This document shows, piece after piece, positions 51,801-61,486 of a stretch of 64,000 nucleotides of DNA. Location of the stretch: NCBI RefSeq assembly GCF_902652985.1, contig NC_047015.1, positions 36,766,001-36,830,000 of the forward strand, in the 5' to 3' direction. The position numbers and the translations under genes were made by a program. Within the stretch, counting starts at the first letter, position 1, and every line of letters starts with the position of its first letter. The notes beneath the pieces were generated by a model that saw only the letters and a program-made list of their open reading frames with translations, searched no databases and had not been told where the DNA came from. The DNA is from Pecten maximus. Its lineage: Eukaryota.

Positions 51801-54800
51801 TCAAAGAAATCCCTCGGTATAAAGAACTATACTCTAAAGGTACTCTGGGAATCGGTGTCCCCTAAAAACATGTTGATCGCAACATAGTGCTTTTCTTTCC
51901 ATAATATGTGATACAACATTGGAAAGTATGAACTTCTAGTTAATGCTGATTTTTAAACTGAAATTAGCAGTTAATTTATGATATTGTGTCTTAATTTTCA
52001 TCCAAAATCATATATCTGTAATATATCAACATGATGTGTTGGACAATTTTGTTGTTAGTTCCAAAGCTGGAAAATAAAGCACTATAGATAAATATATGAA
52101 TCCTTTACTATCCTGGGGAGTTAATTGTTTAAGAATCCTGCCTTATAGCTTGGATATCTGGATTATATCTCAGATATCTTGTTTAATATATCTTGGATAT
52201 CTGGGCTTATTGTTTATATAGGCATTATTAAGTGTAGCCTGTCAGCTGGACAAGGGCTGAAGACATTCCTTTTAGCTTATACTCCTCCACCCTGTATAAG
52301 GAATATAGCATCATAATGGCTTCCTCCCTACTTAGATATCCCACTTTCTGTAAAATTTGTTTTACCTTTTTTAACCACTATTTAAAATTTTTATTACCTA
52401 TTTATTTTTGTATATGAAATCATTCCTCAGTTAAATGCTCTCCTGTATTTAAGATAAAATATAACTAATATGCTTGTTTAGCTCTTTGCCTGCTCTTGGT
52501 GGGAAATCCTGCCTGAGCTAGTTGTGTCGGATGTTACTGATTTTTGAGGCGATATTATGCTATTCATCCACTTTAAGAGTTATTATGTGTTGAAGTTTTC
52601 CAGGTTTAATGATTTTACATGGCAAGCAAAGAGTTTAAAACCAAATTTTTGTTTTCTGTTTAAAGTGAAAATTTTTTTAAAAATTTTTGTGAAATTTTGT
52701 TCTTGTTTTTACTAAAGTTCAAGGCTGAATGTTTTCAAAGGATAAGGACAGAGTCAAGGTCAAGTTTGATTGACCTTGGAATAATCGGTACCACACACGC
52801 TGCATATCTAATCCACACTGTCTACTACAAAATGAGACTTTATTTCAATGGATTGGAAAGTTTACTTGGGTTTTTCTTCAGTGAAGAACATATGTTACAA
52901 TTATTTTCATGAATATGCGTTTTGAATTTTTCTTATCGCTGCATACCGGAACAGGAGATGACTTTTTGCCACAATCACCCTTGTTTGGAAAGCCTCTCTC
53001 TGAAACTCACGTCTATCTTCCATACTATGAAGGAAGCAAAATACGTTCTCGTAAGTTTGGCAGCATCAGGTCGTTTACTAAGTGTCCTCGCCAATGGATT
53101 TGCCTGATGATACAACTGTAACACATTTAATCGCATGATCGGTTCCCATTTTGTTTCCGTAACTACCTCGTCTGATTTTCACATTTAGATGGTAATCTTT
53201 TTTTTGTGTCATATCACTTGTGTTTATTTTTTTTTCATTTTTTGTGATCACTTTGGTTTTGATTTTTTGCCACTTTATTTTCATCACCATGGTTTCTGTT
53301 TCAATAGCCACGCTTTACTTACAGATATGACGATGATTAGGTGTATGGCTTGGTAGATTGAGAATGTTGTTGATAAAAAACAGGAATCAAAGAAAATTAG
53401 ATGTCATGATAGATAGTTAAGGTCAAGGCCAAACAGTGAACAGAAAAGAGATGAAGTAAAGCTTGATTAATATTAATATTTGGGATTGTGGTAATAGAAG
53501 AAAAATAGAAAAAACGATAAATAAATGAAATGACTGATATAACCTTGAATCGAAAAATTAAATTCTGTCAATAAACAAAACTTTATCAAAAATAAATTCT
53601 TTCCTATATCTTTTCTTTTTCAATTAAGTTGTTGGAATGTCATATAGATTTATAAAACTCTAGAGATGTCACCATACTGGACATCCAGATGTCAGGTCAG
53701 GGATGTCACCAGATAAGGAGACATCAGATATATTACATAGATACATGGACAGAAATATTCAATATACCAATAACTGATCCAGGTGAGAACTCCACCATCA
53801 GATGACACGTGCCTCCTCACACCTGTTAGTAGATCCTGGACTATCGTCTGTATCTTGTGTCTTGGCAGTTGTTATGCTGTGTTTATTTTCAGTGTTGATG
53901 ACTCACAATGCGTTTTTATTTCCATCATGTTTATTTCATATTCTGTTGATTCTGATGTAGCTGTATGTGTTGATGTGGACTATTTTTAACACCCTATGTT
54001 TGCGGGTAATCGCCGGAATGAGCTAGGCTAGCTTTGAGGCGTTCACGATGTTGTGTTGTAAATCCCTTGTAATCGTTTTCTTTTAGGAAACCACAGTTTC
54101 ATGTCAGGTAAAAACTTGTGCTACCTGTGCTCTATTGACTGGTGTGTGGCCAGTTTGACCACTGTGTGGTTGGTCATTTTGAAAACTGGTCAATACGGTC
54201 TGCCAATTTGCATGTTCCCTTCAATCTAACATAAACCCCACCTTATATTATGCCTAGCACTGACCATTTCAGTCTACAAAATGGCAATCTTTATTCAAAT
54301 ATTTTTGATAAATATATTAACATTAAATCAATTATAGAGGAAAAACTAAATTTTTAGAAAATCTATGAACATTTTTTGGTCCAATTTAGTTCGCACAAAG
54401 CTTCGATCCTAAACCTCAATATAAGCTTATTTTGCTTATTAATCAATTTTGGAATGTTTTTCCCTTTTAGATCTATATAATCGGTATATTTGACAACAGA
54501 ACACCAACATTGGTTTGTTTGAAATAAGTTTTCATTGGCAGAATAAAAATACGCAGAAAATATTGATGAAAAGAGTAAGATGGTGATTTTAGCTAATGAA
54601 ACTGCTGCCAGTATATTTGGCACCAGGGATATTTTTTCAGATGGTCAGTTAAGATAAAAAAGTTTAACCTGCAGAGCATGTACACACATTTATATCTATA
54701 TATCTGCTTAACCCTCCATCATAGAATGAACTAACAGCATGGAGCTACACTGCAGGGGTTAGGACTGTGTTAGAGGTAGAATGAGGCAGTGTAGGGATCG

Positions 54801-57800
54801 GGATACATTAGAGGTAGAATGAGGCAGTAAAGGAAGCGGGCTACATCAGAGGTAGAATGAGGCAGTATAGGGATCGGGATACATCAGAGGTAGAATGAGG
54901 CATTAAAGGAAGCGGGCTACATCAAAGGTAGAATGAGGCAGTATAGGAATCGGGGCTACATCAGAGGTAGAATGAGGCAGTGTAGGGATCGGGACTGCAT
55001 TAGAGGGAGAATGAGGCAGTATAGGGATCGGGGATACATCAGAGGTAGAATGAGGCAGTATAGGGATCGGGATACATCAGAGGTAGAATGAGGCAGTATA
55101 GGGATCGGGGCTACATCAGAGGTAGAATGAGGCAGTATAGGGATCGGGATACATCAGAGGTAGAATGAGGCAGTGTAGGGATCGGGACTGCATTAGAGGG
55201 AGAATGAGGCAGTATAGGGATCGGGGCTACATCAGAGGTAGAATGAGGCAGTATAGGGATCGGGATACATCAGAGGTAGAATGAGGCAGTATAGGGATCG
55301 GGGCTACATCAGAGGTAGAATGAGGCAGTATAGGGATCGGGATACATCAGAGGTAGAATGAGGCAGTAAAGGGGTCAGGGCTGCTTTAGAGGCAGAATGA
55401 AGCGATAAAGGTGTTGAGGCGTCATTAGAGGCAGAATGAGGCAATGTGGAAGTGGGGGCTGTGTTAGGGTAGAATGAGGCAATAGTGGTTGAGATAAGGT
55501 TAGGGTTGTGTAAGGGTTACAGGGACAAGGGTAAGAGTAAAAAGAGGGACTTTGAGGGTAGGTGAGGGGTTAGATGGTGGAGATAAGGGTTTAAGGGTAG
55601 GTGAGGGGTTAGATGTTGGAGATAAGGGTTTGAGGGTAGGTGAGGGGTTAGATGGTGGAGATAAAGATTTGAGGGTAGGTGAGGGTTAGATGGTGGAGAT
55701 AAGGGTTTGAGGGTAGGTGAGGGGTTAGATGGTGATGATAAGGGTTTGAGGGTAGGTGAGGGGTTAGATGGTGATGATAAGGGTTTGAGGGTAAAAGAGG
55801 GCTTAGATGTTGGAGATAGGGATTTGAGGTTAGCTGAGGGGTTAGATGTTGGAGAGAAGGGTTTGAGAGTAGGTGAGGGGCTAGATGGTGGAGATAAGGG
55901 TTTGAGGTTGGGTGAGGGGCTAGATGGTGGAGATAAGGGTTTAAGGGTAGGTGAGGGGCTAGATGGTGGAGATAAGGGTTTAAGGGTAGGTGAGGGGCTA
56001 GATGTTGGAGATAAGGGTTTAAGGGTAGGTGAGGGGCTAGATGGTGGAGATAAGGGTTTAAGGGTAGGTGAGGGGCTAGATGTTGGAGATAAGGGTTTAA
56101 GGGTAGGTGAGGGGCTAGATGGTGGAGATAAGGGTTTAAGGGTAGGTGAGGGGCTAGATGGTGGAGATAAGGGTTTAAGGGTAGGTGAGGGGCTAGATGG
56201 TGGAGATAAGGGTTTAAGGGTAGGTGAGGGGCTAGATGTTGGAGATAAGGGTTTAAGGGTAGGTGAGGGGCTAGATGGTGGAGATAAGGGTTTAAGGGTA
56301 GGTGAGGGGCTAGATGTTGGAGATAAGGGTTTAAGGGTAGGTGAGGGGCTAGATGGTGGAGATAAGGGTTTGAGGGTAGGTGAGGGGTTAGATGGTGATG
56401 ATAAGGGTTTGAGGGTAAAAGAGGGCTTAGATGTTGGAGATAGGGATTTGAGGTTAGCTGAGGGGTTAGATGTTGGAGAGAAGGGTTTGAGAGTAGGTGA
56501 GGGGCTAGATGGTGGAGATAAGGGTTTGAGGGTGGAGGGGCTAGATGGTGGAGATAAGGGTTTAAGGGTAGGTGAGGGGCTAGATGGTGGAGATAAGGGT
56601 TTAAGGGTAGGTGAGGGGCTAGATGTTGGAGATAAGGGTTTAAGGGTAGGTGAGGGGCTAGATGGTGGAGATAAGGGTTTAAGGGTAGGTGAGGGGCTAG
56701 ATGTTGGAGATAAGGGTTTAAGGGTAGGTGAGGGGCTAGATGGTGGAGATAAGGGTTTAAGGGTAGGTGAGGGGCTAGATGGTGGAGATAAGGGTTTAAG
56801 GGTAGGTGAGGGGCTAGATGGTGGAGATAAGGGTTTAAGGGTAGGTGAGGGGCTAGATGTTGGAGATAAGGGTTTAAGGGTAGGTGAGGGGCTAGATGGT
56901 GGAGATAAGGGTTTAAGGGTAGGTGAGGGGCTAGATGTTGGAGATAAGGGTTTAAGGGTAGGTGAGGGGCTAGATGGTGGAGATAAGGGTTTAAGGGTAG
57001 GTGAGGGGCTAGATGTTGGAGATAAGAGTTTAGGGTAGATGAGGGGTTAGATGTTGGAGATAAGGGTTTAAGGGTAGGTGAGGGGTTAGATGTTGGAGAT
57101 AAGGGTTTGAGAGTAGGTGAGGGGCTAGATGTTGGAGATAAGGGTTTAAGGGTAGATGACCAGTTTAAAGTCATGGGGAACATTATCAATTTCAAATTAA
57201 ATTTGTTAATTTTAAGACTAAGTTTGTACCTGAGATCTTATTTTCTACAAATATATGATATCTTTTATTACATTGATTCTTTGTTGTCTACAAAACTAAG
57301 ATACGGGAAGCATTTACAAGAACACCACTTTTGTATGAAACTTGTAAAGATAATTCAAACTGACTTTCATAGACAGAAAGATATTTTTTGTTTATACAGT
57401 AATGAACTTTTTAAACTTGGGTCTTATACAAAGATGTGTATTTACGTTTCTATATATATATATTTATACATTTGCGGCTCCCTTTTTAATCTAGATCGCC
57501 AATGCTGAAACAAATTATCCTTGTAGATTATCACAGATATCAACTTAAAGACGGTAAAGATAAGATAAAAAAACTTCACCTTCTCATCCATCCTAGCTTG
57601 AGCTAGATCCCTGGTGCTGTTATGTGCTACATACTCCTACCAATTCAGCTGCTTCAGAAAGTCTCTGCAAGAAATACTATTATACCATCAAATTCCTTAT
57701 CATTCATGGGTTTTTTTTTGAGAACATTTTAAAAAATGTGTGTCATCATTTCAACTCATTGCATGGAGTTTCCTCCCCTTGTTGGTTATTACTGATCTAC

Positions 57801-60514
57801 TGATCTGATCTGCCAAAAAAAATTTACTGATTAAACTTTTGATATATAATGAAAATGGTGACATTTACCAATGTTTATTTTCAATATTGTATTATTACGT
57901 CTCTTGAAACACATATTTTGTAATCTGTTTCATTTAGGACTATTAAACTCATCAAAAGTTTTACATATGTTACATGGACAGCCGTCAATTGTTGAAATAA
58001 ATCTGAAAGCAAAAAAATGTTTAACAGTCTGCTAAAACCGCCATGTTGTTTTTATTGACCACATTAAGGTCATTGGTTTGTGGACTATATTAAATTTTAT
58101 CTTGATATTTTTGGATTTTGTTTGTTTTCAAACTTCTGAAACTGTAATTTACATAATGATTTTTGCAGTTAGAATTAAAAAAAGTTTTTAATCTGGAGAT
58201 TTTTAGTAACAAGAATGCAAGTATCAAAACAAATAAAAAAAAAACAAAAAACATGACAAAAATAAATTTCATAAATTAAAAAAATTCTTTAAAGAGATTC
58301 TGATGAATGTTTGTAATCAGGCAGTGTGCCAGTGAAAATTTAATGCATCAAGATGTCTTCATTTATATATAAAGTTTTTGCAATAGACACGCACAAAACA
58401 TACTTATCAACATGTAAACAAGCTGAAAGATTTACGTCATAACAAGGGAGGAAGCAGCTCATGAAAGTCAGGAGTTTGTAGGAGAGAAGACTGGTAGGTT
58501 GTTTGGGGGATTCTATAGTGGTAGTAATACAGGTAGTATAGGCCTAAACAATAACTATTACAGATAGCTAGCCCACAGAAGATGACGCTACATCCTGAAA
58601 ATAAATATGGAAAACATGAAATGAGTTGTACAGACCAGTTAGCACTGGACTGTAGGAATCGTCTAATCATAAAACTGCTTGTTGCTACTTGGGCTTCACT
58701 GAACCGCAGGTAGTGAGGTGGTGTGTAGTGGTGAGGGGAGGGACGACAGCTCCACTTAAGATATATTTACCTGAATACTTTACCAGAAGTGCAACATAAT
58801 TTTTTTCGATATTTTTACAATTAAGTAAATGTATATGCCTAAAATAGGGCTTGTGTACTCTCGGCTGTATATATGTACACATGTGGAGAACCTGTGAACG
58901 ATTCCATGGAGGGATTTAATGCATTCTGTGGGATGTGCAAACTTAAAAGTTAAATAAAACCTGGGAAGTTTTCTAGGAATTTACTATTCCATCATGATTT
59001 GTTGGTCCTGTACAGGAAAGAGTAAATTAGCCCATGAACAACAAAAAGGTAATGGTATATTCTATCTATCTCTAAAGCACATTGATAATTAATGTTACTT
59101 TTAAAATGATACATTAACAGGGGGAAATCAGGGTCTAATATTGATATTAGTCTTTTTCTTGATGTTTGGGAAGGTTTTTTTTGTTTTGTTTTGAAATTTT
59201 GATAATTTTTCTTTTTGGTAGAGGTATACTTTTGAAAAGTGCCTTGAATTATTAATTGCATAAAACATGGGGCTGAGACACGAGGACCTCAGCCTGAAGT
59301 ATAGCCAGTTCATGTTGTATAGATGGATCATTGTATTGATATATAGCAACTCTAGTACACTAGTATACTGTACATCTCAGTATTTTGTGAATACTTATTT
59401 TCCAGAGTTATATTCTTTAAAGAGCTTTATGAAAAAAAGTCGAAATAATTTTGCTTCAATTTTTCTTTTTTTGGACTAAGTTTTGAAAAGTTCTGTTTTA
59501 CAAAACACTTTGGATTTTAATTCGAGAAATGAACAATAATATTCATAAGATGTGAAATATGCATGATAGAAATATTCTGGAGAGTTTCACAAAAATTTAT
59601 ATCTCACAAAAATATATATGATTTACAGTATTCCTCATGTCCTCTGTTGAGATATATAGTTCATATTCATTGTAAGTTCACTTTTTCATTTCAGGTATTG
59701 TATAATGTATATTATATTTTTACATTTGACTGACAATAATCATTCTTCATTAATTTAAGGGAAATCATATTTAAAAGTCTTTTATACAAATAATATTGGA
59801 TTTTTGTTACACGATCAAAGGAATTTGTTTTCTTCAACATGTAAATCTGCTTTTATCTTCATAAGGAAGGAATTAATTGTTAATGATATTTGATTTAAGT
59901 TGTTTCATGCACTAATCTAAGGAGTTCAATCTCACATTAATAGACAATTCAAGGTATTCTATATTAACCTTGCTTGAAGGTCAAGGTCATATATATATAT
60001 ATGTATATATAACTAAGATCATTCAGAAAGATGTTGCAATGATGAACCTATGATTGATCACGATAAGCAAAATGTAGAGTGTAGAATGATCACTGATGAT
60101 AGTTAGAGGTATATTATTATATTTTACAGATATAGATAAACAATACTCTAAAGTTGAAATTTTATTGAATGTATATATTAGGTGGAGCATTTTAGAATGA
60201 CAAATGTTCAGTTTTTAAAAGTTTTTTTTTTTTTCCTACAGGTGAAGATAGCATCTCCCTGGAGCGAGGAGAAAGCACTTCACCATTGGACACTTCTTAT
60301 GAAAAGGTAAGTCACTCGATGTATAGCCTGTCTATGTTGCAGCAAGACTGGCCATTATGTTTTTAGGGGATCCATCGTTATTTATAGATTGTGGTTATCT
60401 CCCCTTTCATCAGTGTGGGAGAGAGTCATCTGTCATACTAATGTAGCTCAGCTGTCTCCATTGTCTTTGACCTAGGACAAGAGAAAAGCCATATTTGCTA
60501 CTCCTGAATCTGAG
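18778..60514 (+). CDS. ank2: Canonical ankyrin (ANK1/2/3 pro-ortholog, unc-44/Ank2-like), multi-exon and partial: 24-ANK-repeat membrane-binding domain plus start of linker; continues beyond window
   Basis: 20 exons with AG/GT boundaries splice in frame into 24 ANK repeats with ankyrin-specific peptides ([71 protein letters not shown]). Confidence 0.97.
19416..20839. repeat. 40-bp minisatellite CATTGACAGTGTGGCCTGTCATTCCCCAGAATAGTTATAC, ~35 copies
   Basis: direct reading; internal inverted repeat TGACAG..CTGTCA. Confidence 0.97.
23542..23640 (+). CDS. ank2: ankyrin exon, ANK2: [33 protein letters not shown]
   Basis: ttacag|...|gtaata, 99 nt. Confidence 0.97.
24090..24188 (+). CDS. ank2: ankyrin exon, ANK3: [33 protein letters not shown]
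   Basis: atacag|...|gtataa, 99 nt. Confidence 0.97.
24855..24953 (+). CDS. ank2: ankyrin exon, ANK4: [33 protein letters not shown]
   Basis: ccacag|...|gtaagt, 99 nt. Confidence 0.97.
24993..25190. repeat. 50-bp tandem repeat, 4 copies
   Basis: TTTGACAGTGATGTCAAGCTGTCATACTCATTTGGTCCATTAAACCGTGA. Confidence 0.95.
25471..25659 (+). CDS. ank2: ankyrin exon, ANK5-6: [63 protein letters not shown]
   Basis: tttcag|...|gtaaaa, 189 nt; includes the ankyrin-diagnostic short repeat 5. Confidence 0.97.
26183..26212 (+). CDS. ank2: candidate 30-nt microexon [10 protein letters not shown] between ANK6 and ANK7
   Basis: catgctaaacag|AGCGGCAGTTTGGTTAACGACACCACCAAG|gtttgt; phase 0-0; same position as, and similar to, vertebrate ANK2 insert MMVNRTTE. 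Confidence 0.8.
27610..29175. repeat. 41-bp minisatellite GGGCCTGTCAGGGACTTACTGGTTTATCTTACACATGGATG (core 27867-28700) with degenerate ~36-bp flanks
   Basis: direct reading. Confidence 0.93.
28716..28880. mobile_element. MITE-like element with Tc1/pogo-type ends, inserted in the 41-bp satellite flank
   Basis: imperfect TIRs GTCAAATCTGCTA ... TAGACAGATTTTACTGTA; related remnant AACCTGTCTA..AGACAGGTTTGACTGTA at 2188-2228. Confidence 0.55.
30800..30898 (+). CDS. ank2: ankyrin exon, ANK7: [33 protein letters not shown]
   Basis: tttcag|...|gtcagt, 99 nt. Confidence 0.97.
31016..36014. repeat. ~5-kb composite satellite of intermixed 22-bp (ACAGTACACATGTAATGTCATA) and 42-bp (adds ARGGTATAATACCCACCAGT-type module) units
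   Basis: direct reading; fills ~97% of the ANK7-ANK8 intron. Confidence 0.97.
36038..36136 (+). CDS. ank2: ankyrin exon, ANK8: [33 protein letters not shown]
   Basis: tttcag|...|gtgagt, 99 nt. Confidence 0.97.
36312..36410 (+). CDS. ank2: ankyrin exon, ANK9: [33 protein letters not shown]
   Basis: ccccag|...|gtcagt, 99 nt. Confidence 0.97.
36658..36756 (+). CDS. ank2: ankyrin exon, ANK10: [33 protein letters not shown]
   Basis: ccatag|...|gttagt, 99 nt. Confidence 0.97.
37196..37294 (+). CDS. ank2: ankyrin exon, ANK11: [33 protein letters not shown]
   Basis: tatcag|...|gtgagt, 99 nt. Confidence 0.97.
37538..37636 (+). CDS. ank2: ankyrin exon, ANK12: [33 protein letters not shown]
   Basis: ttacag|...|gtaaat, 99 nt. 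Confidence 0.97.
37658..39017. repeat. 32-bp minisatellite GTGAGGGATTCCCTAGATTGTACAGGTCCTGT, ~42 copies
   Basis: direct reading; palindrome AGGGATTCCCT. Confidence 0.96.
39268..39465 (+). CDS. ank2: ankyrin exon, ANK13-14: [18 protein letters not shown]...[11 protein letters not shown]
   Basis: ttccag|...|gtaggt, 198 nt. Confidence 0.97.
40576..40613 (+). ncRNA. degenerate minimal hammerhead ribozyme motif (retrozyme/Penelope-type remnant)
   Basis: tgtc-CTGAAGA-aaCCCaagaGGGc-GAAA-CCAG-TC-aaca. Confidence 0.4.
40901..42018. repeat. 24-bp minisatellite ATGTTTGTTGTCCTACTCAGTAAA, ~46 copies
   Basis: direct reading. Confidence 0.97.
42571..42810. repeat. 47-bp tandem repeat, 5 copies
   Basis: GGAGACAGAACAGAGAGGGGTKGGGGTTCCCTTACCCTATAACCCTA. 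Confidence 0.93.
43710..43907 (+). CDS. ank2: ankyrin exon, ANK15-16: [14 protein letters not shown]...GATHSLTTK
   Basis: ttacag|...|gtaggt, 198 nt. Confidence 0.97.
44175..44372 (+). CDS. ank2: ankyrin exon, ANK17-18: [14 protein letters not shown]...KASPHSSAK
   Basis: ttacag|...|gtaagg, 198 nt. Confidence 0.97.
44808..44906 (+). CDS. ank2: ankyrin exon, ANK19: [33 protein letters not shown]
   Basis: ttatag|...|gtagac, 99 nt. Confidence 0.97.
45396..45494 (+). CDS. ank2: ankyrin exon, ANK20: [33 protein letters not shown]
   Basis: tttcag|...|gtaagt, 99 nt. Confidence 0.97.
45580..45860. repeat. G-rich 39-bp tandem repeat
   Basis: TTTACCAGAAGGAAATAAAGGGGTTGATGGGAGGGGGTC-like units. Confidence 0.88.
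46162..46260 (+). CDS. ank2: ankyrin exon, ANK21: [33 protein letters not shown]
   Basis: ttacag|...|gtgatg, 99 nt. Confidence 0.97.
46570..46668 (+). CDS. ank2: ankyrin exon, ANK22: [33 protein letters not shown]
   Basis: ttctag|...|gtaggt, 99 nt. Confidence 0.97.
46799..47070 (+). repeat. dispersed ~270-bp element, copy 1
   Basis: closely similar to 49704-49978 (CAATATGAAACTGTAGGCA...GGATATCACTCGACGAGGC...CAGCTCACTTGGTGAGGCG). Confidence 0.85.
47363..48146. repeat. 27-bp minisatellite TGTGACCTACTTTGTTCCTGTCTATTA, ~29 copies, ending at the exon acceptor
   Basis: direct reading. Confidence 0.96.
48147..48245 (+). CDS. ank2: ankyrin exon, ANK23: [33 protein letters not shown]
   Basis: tcctag|...|gtaagt, 99 nt. 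Confidence 0.97.
48885..49059 (+). CDS. ank2: ankyrin exon, ANK24 plus linker start: [21 protein letters not shown]...[22 protein letters not shown]
   Basis: ctgtag|...GGAG|gtatgt, 175 nt, ends in phase 1. Confidence 0.96.
49407..49541. repeat. 32-bp tandem repeat GAAGACAATATATGACAATAGAATGATAGAAT, ~4 copies
   Basis: direct reading. Confidence 0.9.
49704..49978 (+). repeat. dispersed ~270-bp element, copy 2 (direct orientation)
   Basis: matches 46799-47070. Confidence 0.85.
50683..50700 (+). CDS. ank2: candidate 18-nt linker microexon (D)ILGSD
   Basis: atgctaataatacag|ATATACTTGGCTCTGATG|gtgagt; phase 1-1; UGC and CTAAT branch-like motif upstream; strong donor. Confidence 0.65.
51795..51839 (+). 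CDS. ank2: candidate 45-nt linker exon (D)[14 protein letters not shown]
   Basis: atttcag|...AAG|gtactc; open in phase 1-1; weak donor. Confidence 0.35.
52955..53050 (+). CDS. ank2: candidate 96-nt linker exon (G)[31 protein letters not shown]
   Basis: gaacag|GAGATGAC...TCTC|gtaagt; phase 1-1; resembles ANK2 GDDSLP...YLRYSLEG. Confidence 0.65.
54087..54107 (+). CDS. ank2: candidate 21-nt linker microexon (G/R)NHSFMS
   Basis: ttttcttttag|GAAACCACAGTTTCATGTCAG|gtaaaa; phase 1-1; TGCATG at 54209 downstream. Confidence 0.6.
54770..55482. repeat. 38/39-bp minisatellite AGAGGTAGAATGAGGCAGTATAGGGATCGGGATACATC
   Basis: direct reading. Confidence 0.95.
55551..57157. repeat. G-rich 39-bp minisatellite GGGTAGGTGAGGGGCTAGATGGTGGAGATAAGGGTTTAA, ~41 copies
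   Basis: direct reading; source of the 443-aa and 515-aa pseudo-ORFs. Confidence 0.97.
57527..57553 (+). CDS. ank2: candidate 27-nt linker microexon (D)YHRYQLKD
   Basis: tccttgtag|ATTATCACAGATATCAACTTAAAGACG|gtaaag; phase 1-1; joined to the next exon gives [14 protein letters not shown], similar to ANK2 EYLRPEDLKELGDDSL. Confidence 0.55.
60242..60306 (+). CDS. ank2: linker exon (G)[21 protein letters not shown]
   Basis: long poly-T + cctacag|...AAG|gtaagt; phase 1 to 0; strong splice sites. Confidence 0.85.
60476..60514 (+). CDS. ank2: 39-nt linker exon [13 protein letters not shown]
   Basis: gacctag|...GAG|gtaaga; phase 0-0, in frame with the previous exon. Confidence 0.7.
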
Positions 60515-61301
60515 GTAAGAGGTAGTTATCTCCCTTCCCATTACCTCTTCCCCAGAAATGCTGCAGCATATTCAGTGTTAATCTTTGTTTGAAAGCTGAA
60601 ACTGTCCATGTCCTGTTTTGTTTATGTGTGTGTGTGCAATTGAGCAAGCGAGTTATCATTTTTCAGCATCATGAACTGTGCTCTTCATCCTTTATGAGAA
60701 AGCATACAGTTCTTTTTAGGTAACTCATCCAATGTATTATCGACTTATGTAATCCATCTCTCATTTCCTGAAATGGTGACCCCCTTTTTCCTGATCCTTT
60801 TGATACGCTGGTACCTCAGATAAGTCTGCCACAAACAGAACCCCATGGGCAAACCTTGTCGACCCTTTAGAGGGATCAGTTATGTTAGAGCAGATGTCAT
60901 GCAACTTATCTTATTTTTCATTTTCCTTTAAAGCTTAAAAGTGCACCCTTCATATTGTGATTGCATGGATGTAGATAATTCCCTATGGAGGTAGGAAGGC
61001 GTCGTTGATGTCTCAATTGTAAAAGTGTTGTATATCCAATAGTTTCTAACAGACCAAGTAGAGTAGAATTCGACAAAAAATAACTTATTGAGTATAAATT
61101 AATATATATAATTAATATATAATAGAGCTACATTCTGAATCAGTAGACCTAATTTTTAAAAGGAATATGAATTCTACAGGTAAGATTTAAAGCAATTATC
61201 AGTTATAGGCAATTGAAATAAATTTTTTCTCTCTATATTTCAAAACTTCAAACCCGTTTCAAAATAGAATTTTCTGTAGACATAAGGTGTGTTCCCAGTA
61301 T

Positions 61302-61486
61302 TATAAAAGGCACTGTAATTTTCAGGGTTAACATATCCACCATGTATGTCCTGTTGTCATGGTAACACATCAGCCTTGACTGTTTTTATACGTTGCCATG
61401 GTAATAAGAATACAAACCGTGACATCTTGGCTGGTTGTCATGGTTATATAGGTATGACGGCCACGTTTGTGTTGACCACCGTAAGC
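61302..61486 (+). promoter_or_regulatory. TATA box, three RFX X-box-like motifs and a donor: candidate internal promoter/first exon (MTATFVLTT)
   Basis: TATAAAAG 61302; GTTGTCATGGTAAC 61353, GTTGCCATGGTAAT 61392, GTTGTCATGGTTAT 61434; ATG 61454..ACC|gtaagc. Confidence 0.35.

Noticed and set aside
53325-53340. ttacag|ATATGACGATGATTAG|gtgtat possible microexon
   Set aside because: 16 nt, frameshifting, weak donor
53741-53782. 42-nt phase 1-1 segment [14 protein letters not shown] with strong donor CAG|GTGAGA
   Set aside because: Acceptor lacks a pyrimidine tract and no homology recognised; worth including in RNA-seq checks
55648-57508. 515-aa His/Pro-rich and 443-aa Gly-rich ORFs
   Set aside because: 39-bp satellite artifact on both strands
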